DNA from: Octopus bimaculoides
Taxonomy: Eukaryota
Direction: 5' to 3'
Length of the DNA: 33,278 nt
Assembly: GCF_001194135.2 (NCBI RefSeq)
Contig: NC_068983.1
Span: 130,102,427 to 130,135,704 of the forward strand
Position 1 is the stretch's first letter, and each line of letters starts with the position of its first letter. Position numbers and translations under genes: made by a program. This document shows positions 1 through 12,139 of the stretch, piece by piece. The notes under the pieces were generated by a model that worked only from the letters and a program-made list of their open reading frames with translations, did not search any database and was not told where the DNA came from.

Positions 1-18
1 TAATAATAATAATAATAA

Positions 19-49
<31 letters not shown>

Positions 50-105
50 AAGAAGAAGAAGAAGAAGAAGAAGAAGAAGAAGAAGAAGAAGAAGAAGAAG
101 AAGAA
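1..105. repeat. Compound microsatellite: (TAA)n followed by (GAA)n, about 28 GAA units
   Basis: Directly visible: TAA repeats at 1-20, uninterrupted GAA repeats at 21-105. Confidence 0.99.
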
Positions 106-107
106 TG

Positions 108-655
108 ATAATAATAAATGCCCAGATGCAGTACCAGACAGTGACTCTAATGGCTTCTGATCTTAATTGATCGGAAGTGTTATCATGTACATTGTTTTGT
201 CTTGGTATAAAAAGATGGGCTTCAGCAAATATTCTGCTCTGTACCCGAGAGTTGCTTATCAGTTGTTTGACCTTAACCAGTTGAGCATGTCCCTTGGTAG
301 CTGACGATATGTGCATCTCTGATAACGAGCAGAAGTAGTGGAAGAACATCATAGCCATGTGTTGAAAGGAATTCTTTGGGGTTTGGATAATTCACCTTTG
401 GAATCATGGGTGTTTTGCTCAACATCTTTAAACAAATCTTATTCCGGGACCTTTTGAGCGGGATGGGCTACTCGACTTGAAGAACATTCTAACTGGGCGC
501 TGTTTGTTTTGATGTGAGATCACCATGTTGCGCACATATGGTTTTGATGCATGTGCCTGGTGTACCCTTATCAGACGGGTATTCATGATGGGTATATTGG
601 GCTTCGTATATTTTACCCCAGTGTCATTTTGATGACATGCACTGCTCTCTCACTC
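108..655. mobile_element. About 550-bp non-coding interspersed repeat bounded by (AAT)n tracts (probable non-autonomous retroelement)
   Basis: A diverged second copy of its middle (about 326-495) occurs at about 3560-3730 (e.g. GGAATTCTTTGGGG, GGATGGGCTACTCGA). It has no coding capacity and ends in CTCTCTCACTC+(AAT)n. It resembles an abundant Octopus repeat as I recall it (unverified). Confidence 0.7.
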
Positions 656-779
<124 letters not shown>

Positions 780-789
780 CATGAAGCCA

Positions 790-1770
790 ACGGTAGCTAG
801 CTATTCATCATTTTCAGCAATCGAAAAACTGTCCTCATTTTTTTGGCCGTGTCAAGGGGCATCATTTCTACTGGGCACTCTATTCCAGTTTCCTTTATAT
901 TCCTCTTGATGCTTTCTGCTACTGTTCACTAGGACCCAACAATAATTGGCACTATTTTCACCTTCTTCAGTTTCCATAGCCGGGCTATTTCGTACTTAAG
1001 AGGATTGTATATATCTATATGTTCGCTTTACTTCGTGACTATTGACAGCGCGCAAAACAGGGGTAACAAAGGGGCATGCCACATCAACTATATAGCATGT
1101 GTGGTGCACCCTCTCCACTACCAAATACGACCAGTATGTTATCCTCTAGGCCATGCAATGCTTGGATTGAGAAATCTCACAAGACTTTGCTGTCTCTGAC
1201 TCCATCATTCCCTGCGGTTTGTGCTCATAGCAGGTCTTCCCACCCTCTAGCTCCCAGCCACATTTGCACAGTTTTCAATGTAGCGCTATCACCACCTTGT
1301 TGTGTCGCCGCAACTTGTAGTTTGGGGCCAGTTTAGGGCATTCTTTCATAAGAGCAATGGTTTGACCCACTCTATTGCAGAGGCACAGCGGAGACACTTG
1401 CTCATTACTCAGGTTGACCCCCCCCCCAGTTTGTAGCCAAATGTTGGTCTTGCGCTGCCAGTATTGAACGTTCGGTCTCTGTTTTTAGGATTTCTTTCAT
1501 CAGCAAATCTCACCTATTTGTTCAAGCGATTACTGTTGTGGCTACATGGAACTGATTGAGTAGTCTTAATGGTTTAATTCTTCAACATGTCATTTTGTAC
1601 TTCTTCCATTCTTTTCCCTTTATATTCTGCTATCAATACTCACTCCTTCTTAACTGTCACTAGCAATATTTCCTTACATTTGGCTAGGTATCACACTAAG
1701 CTCTCGAGTTCGAAACGCAAGCACTCTTCAATACTATCAGTCCCTTTCCTGAATTTGCTCACGTTATAAA
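790..1770 (-). mobile_element. Decayed R4/Dong-type non-LTR retrotransposon, 3' part (zinc-knuckle region plus restriction-like endonuclease)
   Basis: Minus-strand translation with stops and frameshifts gives ETERSILAAQDQHLATN, ECPKLAPNYKLRRHNKV..LH*KLCK, CYEHKPQG, CYIVDVACPF and LWKLKKVKIVPIIVGS**TVAESIK. These appear in the order expected for the C-terminus of RLE-clade (R4/Dong) ORFs. Confidence 0.88.
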
Positions 1771-1803
1771 TGGGCGGTCAGTGCATGCCGCGTGGATGTT
1801 GGG

Positions 1804-1855
<52 letters not shown>
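1804..1855. repeat. (TTA)n microsatellite
   Basis: Directly visible; explains the poly-Leu ORF 1781-2014. Confidence 0.99.
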
Positions 1856-1857
<2 letters not shown>

Positions 1858-2945
1858 AATGTTATTTATATGCCAACCTGTCGTTTTTCTACGTACTTGT
1901 CGTGTGTGTAACACTTACTTCAAAAGAAGAATGGAGAGACAAAGCGAGAGAGGAGAGTACAGAGAGGATGTAAGAAAGAGAGTGAGAGAGAAAGAAAGAG
2001 ACAATGAGATATGACGTCGTTCGTTTTGTGTTTTTAAATGTTTACCATATCATAAGAAAAGTAGATTCATAGATACCTACAAACATTGTAAAATTTAAAG
2101 CGGGTGAGAGGAGGGACACAGAGAAAGAGAGAAATTGAGTGACACAGTAGCTAATTAGATCGGAAGAAAAGTTGACGCACACGTTGCAGTTGGGATCCAG
2201 TTAGAATTCTTTTCATGCCGAGTTGCCAACTCAACTTTAAAGGCACTTGAATAGGGTCCGTTTCAAAAATGACCAATGACCATATGACCATATGGTCAGA
2301 GATGCACATATCACCAGCCAGTCAAGAACGTGCTCAACAAGTTAAGATGGAGAAGTTGTCAAGCAAATCTGCTGTAGCGATAGAAAATTTGCTTTTTTTC
2401 ACTAAGACAAACCATATACGATAACACTCAATCAGCTGACGTCTGATGTCATGAGAACCATTGTGTAGTATCCATCACAGCAATGATACAATTATTTGGA
2501 GGATGACACAAAGATGATGATGACGACGAAGACGATGATAATAATGATGATGTTTATGTTAATCATCACCACCATCACCATCATCATTGCACTCGTTGTT
2601 ATATTGAGTTTTCTTGTTTTCGTTATCAACAACCTTCCATTCGGTTATAGCTCTACTCATGTATTTGTAGGATCAAAAGCAGTTCAATCTTCAAAATTTG
2701 TCACGCATTTGTGAAGACTGGTTCATTCGTAACCAGCTCCTTTGAGGAAAATCATTTTCTCATTTACCTTTTATCTTTTAAATGTGTCAGACTTTTGATA
2801 ACGGCTATGTTGGGACTTTACAATCAAGATCGAGCTCACTGAACCGCTAGATTACAAGGACTTTCGTCAAAAGGTAATGGAGACAAAAAGGATACATTCA
2901 CAAATGCATATAAATACTTATATAAATTGTTACAGACACACACCC

Positions 2946-2947
2946 AC

Positions 2948-3000
<53 letters not shown>
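2946..3000. repeat. (CA)n microsatellite running into an assembly gap (N 3001-3242)
   Basis: Directly visible. Confidence 0.99.
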
Positions 3001-3284
3001 NNNNNNNNNNNNNNNNNNNNNNNNNNNNNNNNNNNNNNNNNNNNNNNNNNNNNNNNNNNNNNNNNNNNNNNNNNNNNNNNNNNNNNNNNNNNNNNNNNNN
3101 NNNNNNNNNNNNNNNNNNNNNNNNNNNNNNNNNNNNNNNNNNNNNNNNNNNNNNNNNNNNNNNNNNNNNNNNNNNNNNNNNNNNNNNNNNNNNNNNNNNN
3201 NNNNNNNNNNNNNNNNNNNNNNNNNNNNNNNNNNNNNNNNNNCAATGTTAAATCTCTGAACGAGTTATTAACAGTAACTGCACA

Positions 3285-3552
3285 ATAAAGTAAAGTATAT
3301 TTGCCACTTAAATGTGGCTGACCCCGAGGGGTGGATGTTACTGTTGCTTTTAGCCCCAGGAGGACATCTCCTCCAGCTGGCTATCGACACACTTCTGTGT
3401 CCTGTCTGTATTTGCCAAGGGAAGTTATCCTTCCCATCTTGATCTACGATACGTACGTACTCGAGTTTCAGGGTTATTTCCCTTCTTCAGCGTACGACAA
3501 TCGCCGACCTTCGATGCAAAAGGCATCCCTTGGCAAATATACTTCACTTTAT
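3285..3552. mobile_element. Short non-coding element with long terminal inverted repeats (MITE-like or fold-back) carrying a nested insertion
   Basis: 3285-3306 ATAAAGTAAAGTATATTTGCCA is the reverse complement of 3531-3552 at 21/22 positions. 3409-3422 TATTTGCCAAGGGA is the perfect reverse complement of 3526-3539. Confidence 0.65.
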
Positions 3553-3559
3553 CTTTGTT

Positions 3560-3730
3560 CATGAGCAGAAGCAGTGGGGAGAATCATAGCAAGGTGCTGA
3601 GCGGAATTCTTTGGGGCTTCGATAATTTACATTTGGAAATATGGGTGTGTCGTTCAACGTCCTTAAACGACCTTAGTCACGAACTTTTGAGCAGGATGGG
3701 CTACTCGATCTGATGAAAATTCTAACCGAA
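3560..3730. repeat. Partial diverged copy of the 108-655 interspersed repeat
   Basis: Colinear similarity to about 326-495 in the same orientation. Confidence 0.85.
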
Positions 3731-4980
3731 TGGATAAACTTTCAGAATAAAAAGGATCTGGAAATAGAGGCAACTCGAATGTGGAACTCTTAAACAAAAA
3801 ACAATTCCTGTAATGCTAAGTGTTTCAAGATGATAAAATAAGAAAAGAATCATTCAGACAAATACATAGCCACGGCACCAGGACTTACAAGTGTACATCA
3901 CGTACAGAAAATAGTACTAGCTTCTAGCTAGCTATATTGATAAGAGGGAATACCTAGAAACTAGTCTGTAGATGTCAGACCAGCAAGGGGAAGCGGTTGA
4001 CCTCCCCTGTTCGAAGGTTATAATGGACACAGATTCGTGTGTCACATAGCTAATTAGAGGCGATGGCCTCTTGGAGCTAATCAAAGGCAGCGTTCGTCCT
4101 ATGTTTGGACTGCCATGTTGGCTTTGCGATAACTATTAATATATATATATATATANNNNNNNNNNNNNNNNNNNNNNNNNNNNNNNNNNNNNNNNNNNNN
4201 NNNNNNNNNNNNNNNNNNNNNNNNNNNNNNNNNNNNNNNNNNNNNNNNNNNNNNNNNNNNNNNNNNNNNNNNNNNNNNNNNNNNNNNNNNNNNNNNNNNN
4301 NNNNNNNNNNNNNNNNNNNNNNNNNNNNNNNNNNNNNNNNNNNNNNNNNNNNNNNNNNNNNNNNNNNNNNNNNNNNNNNNNNNNNNNNNNNNNNNNNNNN
4401 NNNNNNNNNNNNNNNNNNNNNNNNNNNNNNNNNNNNNNNNNNNNNNNNNNNNNNNNNNNNNNNNNNNNNNNNNNNNNNNNNNNNNNNNNNNNNNNNNNNN
4501 NNNNNNNNNNNNNNNNNNNNNNNNNNNNNNNNNNNNNNNNNNNNNNNNTATATATACACTTTGATTCTAGCCAAATACATAAATGTACATAAAGCTAAAT
4601 GTGCGGGTGTCTGTATGTACGCTCGAATGCATGGCCGAATCTAATGTATATTATGTATTTTCTTTTATTAACACACACACACACACACACATACATACAC
4701 ACACACACACATACACACACACACACACACACAGATATACAGTTAAATTGGAGTGATATAATAAAGACTAATATAATGAATGAAAACTCTGTGTTTAGAG
4801 AAAATTAGACTGTGAAGAAAGGCATGAAAATGTATTTCTTTATAAAAATTCATTAGTATTGGCTTTCATTAATATAAGTGGCGTTTATAAACTTATTGTT
4901 ATTGATAACCAAGTGCAAGTTATATCTCGAATTTGTCTTAATAATGATAAATGGATTTTCTTCACTTCTTGTACATTCAG

Positions 4981-5069
4981 GTATTTTTGCTGATGAGAAT
5001 AGTGTTACAGTGTTTGGCAGGCGTTTGCTTATTGACACTCATATATTTTACGTTGGTGTTGTGTTTCCT
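4981..5069 (+). CDS. Candidate internal exon of an unidentified gene
   Basis: Pyrimidine-rich acceptor TTTTCTTCACTTCTTGTACATTCAG and GTAAGT donor at 5070. Two frames are open (IFADENSVTVFGRRLLIDTHIFYVGVVFP or VFLLMRIVLQCLAGVCLLTLIYFTLVLCF). No homologue recognised. Confidence 0.35.
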
Positions 5070-5921
5070 GTAAGTTCTATTACTCTGTTGTTGATTACTT
5101 TTGTTAATATTCAATGTTTTGTTTGTTTAGTGATATATTTGAAATGTCGAACAATAGAAATTTGATATATCACTCAATAATAGCGTTTAGATTATAAGGA
5201 TAGAATGAATGGGTGGGCTCGGAAACATATTAACGAAAATAACAAAAGATGAATAATAAATTGATCGCTGCCAACTGGATTAAATGTTCACAGTAAGGTC
5301 ATTATGGAAGCGAGCCAAAAGGAAAGTTTGCTGAAGACTAAACGGAAATGAATTGACCAAAGATTTACGAGAGAATAAGAAAGTAAAAAAAAATGTAAGC
5401 GAAACTGCTGGAAGAAAAGCCAAACATGAACAAGCAAATATTCACAAGCATAACTATTATTATAAAAACGTTGAATGAACGTAACTTCGAGCGAAATTAA
5501 AATGAATAAAAATGAAAATATAAATTGCTAACACGAGCAGACAGCAAAAGATAGACAGTTAGGATTGAATGGGTTTTGAAAGCAAAAGAATAACTGATTC
5601 ACTGCTTATATATATCTGAGTACATGTATTCATCACGAATCATACTTCATCTTGAGATTTCCTCTCTACCTAATATAACAGGATTATCAGTGATTTATTT
5701 TATTTTGACACTCACCCCNNNNNNNNNNNNNNNNNNNNNNNNNNNNNNNNNNNNNNNNNNNNNNNNNNNNNNNNNNNNNNNNNNNNNNNNNNNNNNNNNN
5801 NNNNNNNNNNNNNNNNNNNNNNNNNNNNNNNNNNNNNNNNNNNNNNNNNNNNNNNNNNNNNNNNNNNNNNNNNNNNNNNNNNNNNNNNNNNNNNNNNNNN
5901 NNNNNNNNNNNNNNNNNNNNN

Positions 5922-5958
<37 letters not shown>

Positions 5959-6074
5959 GCGCCTAGATTTAAACTCAACTAAGCTTGTCAGATTATAAAC
6001 AAAATCGTTGAAGTCATAAAGTGTAAAAATGAAGACTACAAAAAATATGGGTGACTTTCTAGCAATTTAACGAC

Positions 6075-6545
6075 ATATGTCTGCTAGGGAAACTTTCTCC
6101 CTTGTCAGTCATGACGATAGTGCTTCTGTGGCTATTGAATTGCTTTGACTCTTATTTCTAGCGATGCTGGTACTACCTTGCACCCTCTGACATTTTAGGG
6201 ACGTCTATAAATTTGAATTTAAGTTGTTTAATTGTTAAAAATCCACCTATATTATTTGTAGTTTTAACTTTTACTGGTTTTGAAATCAGCTGACTTAAAC
6301 GGATTTATCATAAGCTGACAAGTTGTTAAGTTTAACCCTAGGCACAGTAGGAGTCATCGATTAGAATTAAGATACTCTGCATCAAAATTCGAAATCATCG
6401 GTAATCTGGCTATATCTGCTAGGGAGTTTGTCACTCTTGTCAGTCATTGATAAAGTGGCCCTTCATCTATTGAGTTGTCTTGACTCTTATTTCTAGCAAT
6501 GCTGGTACTACTTAGTATTCTCTCTCACTTTAGTGACGTTTATAC
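6075..6545 (+). repeat. Imperfect direct repeat, two units of about 135 bp offset by 335 bp
   Basis: TCTGCTAGGGA at 6080/6415, TGACTCTTATTTCTAGC at 6146/6481 and GACGTYTATA at 6200/6535; the offset is a constant 335. Confidence 0.9.
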
Positions 6546-9500
6546 ACACAGACACATACACTTATATATGTACATATATAAAAAAATAACATATATCTAT
6601 ATACGAAAATCCCTGTGTTTGGGCAAAACAAAATGCACCAGGTTCACTTGATTATGATTCAGAGCAACATATCCGGCTCTCGAATTCTTCTATCTCTCAA
6701 AGCATTTCTTCAGTCTCTAAGCCCTGTAAAAGAACTCGGAAATTTGAGTCCGTAATCAGGCTGTTAACGATACCATAAAACTATTAAAAAATTACATTTA
6801 TACACTACATTTTTTTCTTTTTTAAGAGGCTGCTGCTTGTAAGCCTAATTCTTATTAAGTCCGGCTAACCTGCTCCTTAATTTGTACAGCTTTCTAACCA
6901 TCTGGACATTTGAACTGAAATTTATTCGAATATCTGAAACAGCCCACCTGTTCTTTGGTTTTCGTTAATCTCATATGGTTCTTCATGCACAATGACGTAA
7001 GCCCGTCAATTTTACTGCGTTAATTTGTTCTCTTCAGCGCTTAGTATTCATCTAGGGTGGTGACGTCAATCTCTACTTCTGCTCAAATTAAAGTAGATCA
7101 GCTTTCCGTGATCTACTTCAGAATATACTGCTATAAAATATACGAGCGGAAAATCATTCACTTAGGGAGGGAATAATATCATAAGAAACATTTCAGATAT
7201 GTGACAGATATATTTCACTGGGTAGATACCGCTATATATAAAAGCAAGCTAGCCGTTGTCAATTGAACGGACAGTCCTCAGGATAGTTATCATGTAGTTT
7301 GAGGATTCTAGAGCTTTGATTGATGCAAACTGATCAAGATCAGTTTGCATCCATCATGATCACACCAAATCTAGGTTTGGTACTTAGTCTTTTAATGGAT
7401 TGTACGATGTGGTGGCTGCGTGCAAAAATATTCCAGGGATGAGAAATATATACGTCTGAATACAGCAAAACAATGAAAAATATTTTTAAAAATAGGGAGC
7501 TTGAAATTAACTAAGACTCTACTGATGGATCTTTCTATATTATAGCCTCCCCCACCTACTTGGAAGTATTTGGACGGCTTTTCTTCAACTGCCACTTCCA
7601 TTCAATATCTCTCAAAGCGCAGACAAATAGATTTGACGTATTTTATAATGAAGCAGTTTATTTTTCCGATTGTTATTGTTTGACGTAAAACAGAATAAAG
7701 GGAGCAGTAAAAAAGATAAATGATGATCCCAGATTTGTTCTGCTTCTCAGAATCAATTTGTATAAGAAACATGACGCAAGGAGGATTCCATATAAGGATA
7801 GCAGGAAGAGATAAATCCGTGTTCTTACGATAAGCAAAAAGGTTTTATAATGCTATCCACTGGAGATAATCGTTCGGCTTTATGATAGCTGTATGCTAAA
7901 AAAAGCATGAAAGTTACGTAGTTACGCAATTTTCGTCCCTAGTGCACAGAACATTGTCTCATCAAGTTAGCATGATGAGAAAAGCAGGAAAATATTAAAA
8001 ACGTATTTTACTTCTTTTATATAAGAGAATATTTCTCTCAGTCTCCGAGAAATAACAGTCATATACACCTCATATGTTAGATTGGGTAATATAGTTCTCT
8101 ATATGTTTTCTTTAAAACAGGGAATGGAACAGATATGTTGAATTAAATCTGACATGTATCGTACACAAAAATCCCAAACTCTATTTTATTGACAGAACCT
8201 GGCCGAGTTTATTAAACTTTGAAGTAAATATTTTCATAATCAGTGGTACTAGCAGCACAAATAGCAACGGAAGTCTCATTCACAACAGCTATGGTACTTC
8301 TGCACTGTATTGCAACATATATTAAATATTATTCTGAAATAAGTTTTGAGTGTAAAAGAGCAGGTGCGACCTTCATTTTTCTCAACTCTCTACTTTCAAT
8401 GATATTTCTATAATAACATCACGAATCACGCATAAGAAATACTTCACTAATCTGAATTGCAAGCTTATATTAGTATTCACAGGAATATGTCCGTTGATGT
8501 AGACACACCGCAGAGCTATATTTCTGTTCGTTTCTCAGGTTGCAATCTAGAAGTCCATATATGTATTTTTCAAAACATAATCTGCATCGCCTGACAACAT
8601 ATGCTGCATACACTTTTATTTGTATAACAAATTATGTCAATCGAGCCCTCCAATTTATGATGAATAATCTTCGAAACAAAAGTGTTGAACTGCGACAAAA
8701 ATAAATTGTTCGCAGAAGCGAATTTTCACATTAATCATTCGTAACGTTAACATAACATGGGAACACTATTGTTACACCTACACAATCATACATAGGCATT
8801 TCCTACAATGAATGATTCCTACGTGCAGTTTCAAGTTGCATAATTACACTACTGCTTTTTGAGTACTTTTAAATTCAGTCTTTAGTAATTCAATTTCATG
8901 GAAGTTACTTAGCGAAGGACAGGTATTATCCAATAAAGATATAGCTCAGCATTGCAACAATGTTTGTTTATGTATTATTCACACATTAAATGTATCACAC
9001 TGACAATAAAACAAATTCAAAGAGAGAAAAATATAATGAATGTACTCATCATTATGTATAAAAAAAGATAGACGTTATTTGTAAAGGTACAACCACAACA
9101 ACTACAGATAAAACATATTATTTGATATTAGAGAAATGAAGAAAAATTCTGAAAATAAACAAATTAAGAACGATTTCTCATAAACAATCTGATACCAAGT
9201 GATTTTGGTTTTCACTAACAATGCATTTGAAATCATGTTGAACTGTATCTCTATTTCGTTTCATTTCGTCTAAATTTTGCACCGGCAAAAAAATGTCCCA
9301 TTATCAATATGTTAGTTGATTATTCTTTTCTTCGAAGTTTCTAAGAATGTTGAGAAATGGAAGAAATTATGTGGTTTAGAATTTCTTTTCGTTTGCTAAT
9401 GAAATACGACATTTTACTCTGGATACCAATAGAAACTTCAAATAACGTTTAGCAATATATTTACTGGACAGTTAAAAAGAATAAAGGCATTTGCAAGATT

Positions 9501-10220
9501 GATAGAATTACTGACGGTAAACTGGCTATCGATATTGTGAGTATAGGAAGAATTATCAGGCAATGAAATTAACAGACTACCGGAGATAAATGTGAAGCAA
9601 TGAAAGTATAGGTGATACATATCCTGCGAAACAATGTCGGAGTATCCAACATGTAAGCGTTGACCACCGTTCAAAACGCGTGAGGATAATTTTCTCATCC
9701 ATAACATTAGTACTATAATTTTAAGAAATGCTAAAACCACGTTGTGTAACGTAGGGAAGGCAGCCCCCCCCCCTACATGTCCGTGTGGAGTGGAAATTAT
9801 CATTTATTCTTGGTAAGAGACATGCAAATTAAAAAAACAAATACTTACGTGCAAAACCTCGGCCTATATGTTTCAGGTTACATCGCCAGGGTCAAGAGAA
9901 CCTTTTGTTGCTCCTTTTGTCCATTTCAGACATGTACGCTTACGCACAAGTTCTTCGGTTCCATTCACATATCTCACCACTAAGTATATGCAGCATTTTG
10001 ATACCCCTCTTTCTCGTTTCAATAATATGATTGACCGCACATTTAAGTTTGCTCATATCATCGCCAATACTTTTCTTTATGACAGAGGAATGTACCCCAA
10101 ATTTGGACACAGGTTACAATGTAATGCTTCATTTTGAATGACCTGAATTCTTACAGCCGCCAACTTTAAACTGACATCTGTCATAAATCTAATTTTGTAG
10201 TAAAAAAGTGTGTACAAACC

Positions 10221-10490
10221 TAAAGCTCCTCGGGGCTCCGGCAAGGGATGGTAGCGAACCCTGCTGTAGTCTTTCACCACAACTTTCTCTCACTCTTACT
10301 TCCTGTTTCTGTTGTGCCTGTAATTCAAAGGGTCAGCCTTGTCACACTGAATATCCCCGAGAACTAGGTTAAGAGTACACGTGTCTGTGGAGTTCTCAGC
10401 CACTTGCATGTTAATTTCACGAGCAGGCTGTTCCGTTTATAGGATCAACTGGAACACTCGTCGTCGTAAGCGACGGAGTGACAACTAAAT
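10221..10490 (+). mobile_element. SINE 3' portion (5'-truncated)
   Basis: GC-richer non-coding island ending in a stem-loop (ACTCGTCG-TCGTAAG-CGACGGAGT) and an A-rich ACAACTAAATAACTAAC tail. It matches an abundant Octopus SINE as I recall it (not searched). Confidence 0.6.
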
Positions 10491-11768
10491 AACTAACAAA
10501 CGCATGGAATATATGTCCCTTTAATTTAAACAATGATAAATCTACTTTAGATTTGGACGTATAATATTTTTTCCCACTTAAACACTTCTGCAAAAGTGAT
10601 GTTAATATTCCTGAATTCTGCGAGAACAAACACTCTGCCTAGAAGACAGTTTTCATCTTTTAGACCACTAAATGTAAATGTTTCTTTCGTACAGCACTCT
10701 GACAACATAAGTTTATTTGACATTCTCTCAGAACCAATTTATAAGACTTTGTGTACATTGAAAACCCTCGTTAACGTATTATTTCCAATACTACATCGCA
10801 AAAATAACCTGAGAAGTGCATTCACTATTGACATCGTATCATTTCGATTAGACAAAATGATTACACAAAATCAGAAAAAGCTTGTCTCAGTGTGTGAGAC
10901 AACTTTTTATATGGTAGACTGATTCACTAGAAACAACTTCAAAATTCACATAAATGGTACCTAAATGTCCTATAGAAGGAAGAAATGCAAAGGAGTAAAT
11001 AATCTGGAACACTTTCGATCGCAAACGTAAACCTTGTAAGCTGACCTGAAAATAGACAAGCAAATATACACCGCATTGAATCACACATTCTCTACGCCTT
11101 GAATCTACACAACTCCCAATATATGGGCTAACACTATTTAAAGTATATGCGGTGATTCATCACAAAGGCAACACACGTTTAACATACCCGGTTTCATTAC
11201 CAAAACTCGACTTAATTTTCGGCAGAAAAATGTTGGACATAGTAAAGGATGTTTAGTAATGGGACGTTGTCACACACCTATGAGTGGGAATAAGAGGAAG
11301 CGTTGCCTCGCTGGAAGAAAATACATTCCTTCGTAATGTGTGTCCACATCAAAAACTAAAGTACAACTTTCCCTAATTTTACATTCAGACGAAAGACAGA
11401 TAATACGTAAGCCTTTTTACTCCTCGCAGTCAAAATAATGAACTCGCTTATAATACTTGCACTTGACATCTTGATACAGATATTGGCCCGCAAACATTTA
11501 CTATGATTTAGAAAATAGTAACGCTAAAAGCTGGATATAGGCAGGCAGTTAAGTTGATCAAACACAGCAAACGTCTCTTCTATTGCTTTTTAGAATGTAA
11601 ATGTTCGTCGAGGTATCGGAATGGGTTTTTATCTTGAAAGAAAGAAGATAATAAAGAAAATATATTTCAGAAATGTATGTTAAATCATGACAATCAATAA
11701 GGCTTTGTACACTACCAAAATAACACGGTCCCACATATAAGAATGTATTAATCTATGCATTCTACTTC

Positions 11769-11803
<35 letters not shown>

Positions 11804-12094
11804 GTAATCTTTTTATTATATTTATCTTATGATATTTACTTTACTTTATATTATACTCATTTATTGTGCTTTTAATTATTAATTTTTCTATATGTGATAG
11901 TGGGTTTTCAACGATCAGTTCTTGAAAATTGGTTATTTTCCCTAAAACTATATATTTTATATATACTTTATCTATAAGGCTCAATTTAATTTTAATTTTT
12001 ATAAATTGATTTTAATTGAGTTTTTTACCTGTAATTTTGGATTTTGTCCCTAATATTATATATATATATATATACATATATATANNNNNNNNNN

Positions 12095-12139
<45 letters not shown>

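Noticed and set aside
2285-2298. Perfect palindrome TGACCATATGGTCA
   Set aside because: 7-bp arms occur several times by chance, and it sits in a short ATGACC slippage repeat.
6827-6838. 12-nt microexon candidate after a long T tract
   Set aside because: Weak exonic donor context (CTT|GTAAGC) and an ambiguous tandem AGAG acceptor.
7091-7118. 10-bp stem hairpin AAGTAGATCA/TGATCTACTT
   Set aside because: About one such stem is expected by chance in a window this size.
9438-9803. 121-aa minus-strand ORF, the longest ORF free of gaps and repeats
   Set aside because: No recognisable motif. About one stop-free run of this length is within chance expectation for six frames of AT-rich DNA.
9777-9876. 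Alternative two-exon mini-gene MSVWSGNYHLFL spliced through a 64-nt intron (9813-9876) to the 9877 frame
   Set aside because: It is in frame, but the product is unrecognisable and the intron very short. It cannot be preferred over chance.
10875-10908. Hairpin TTGTCTCA/TGAGACAA with an A/T-rich extension
   Set aside because: An 8-bp core is at chance level, and it matches no known element.
10596-10922. 108-aa plus-strand ORF
   Set aside because: No motif and no convincing splice or promoter context.
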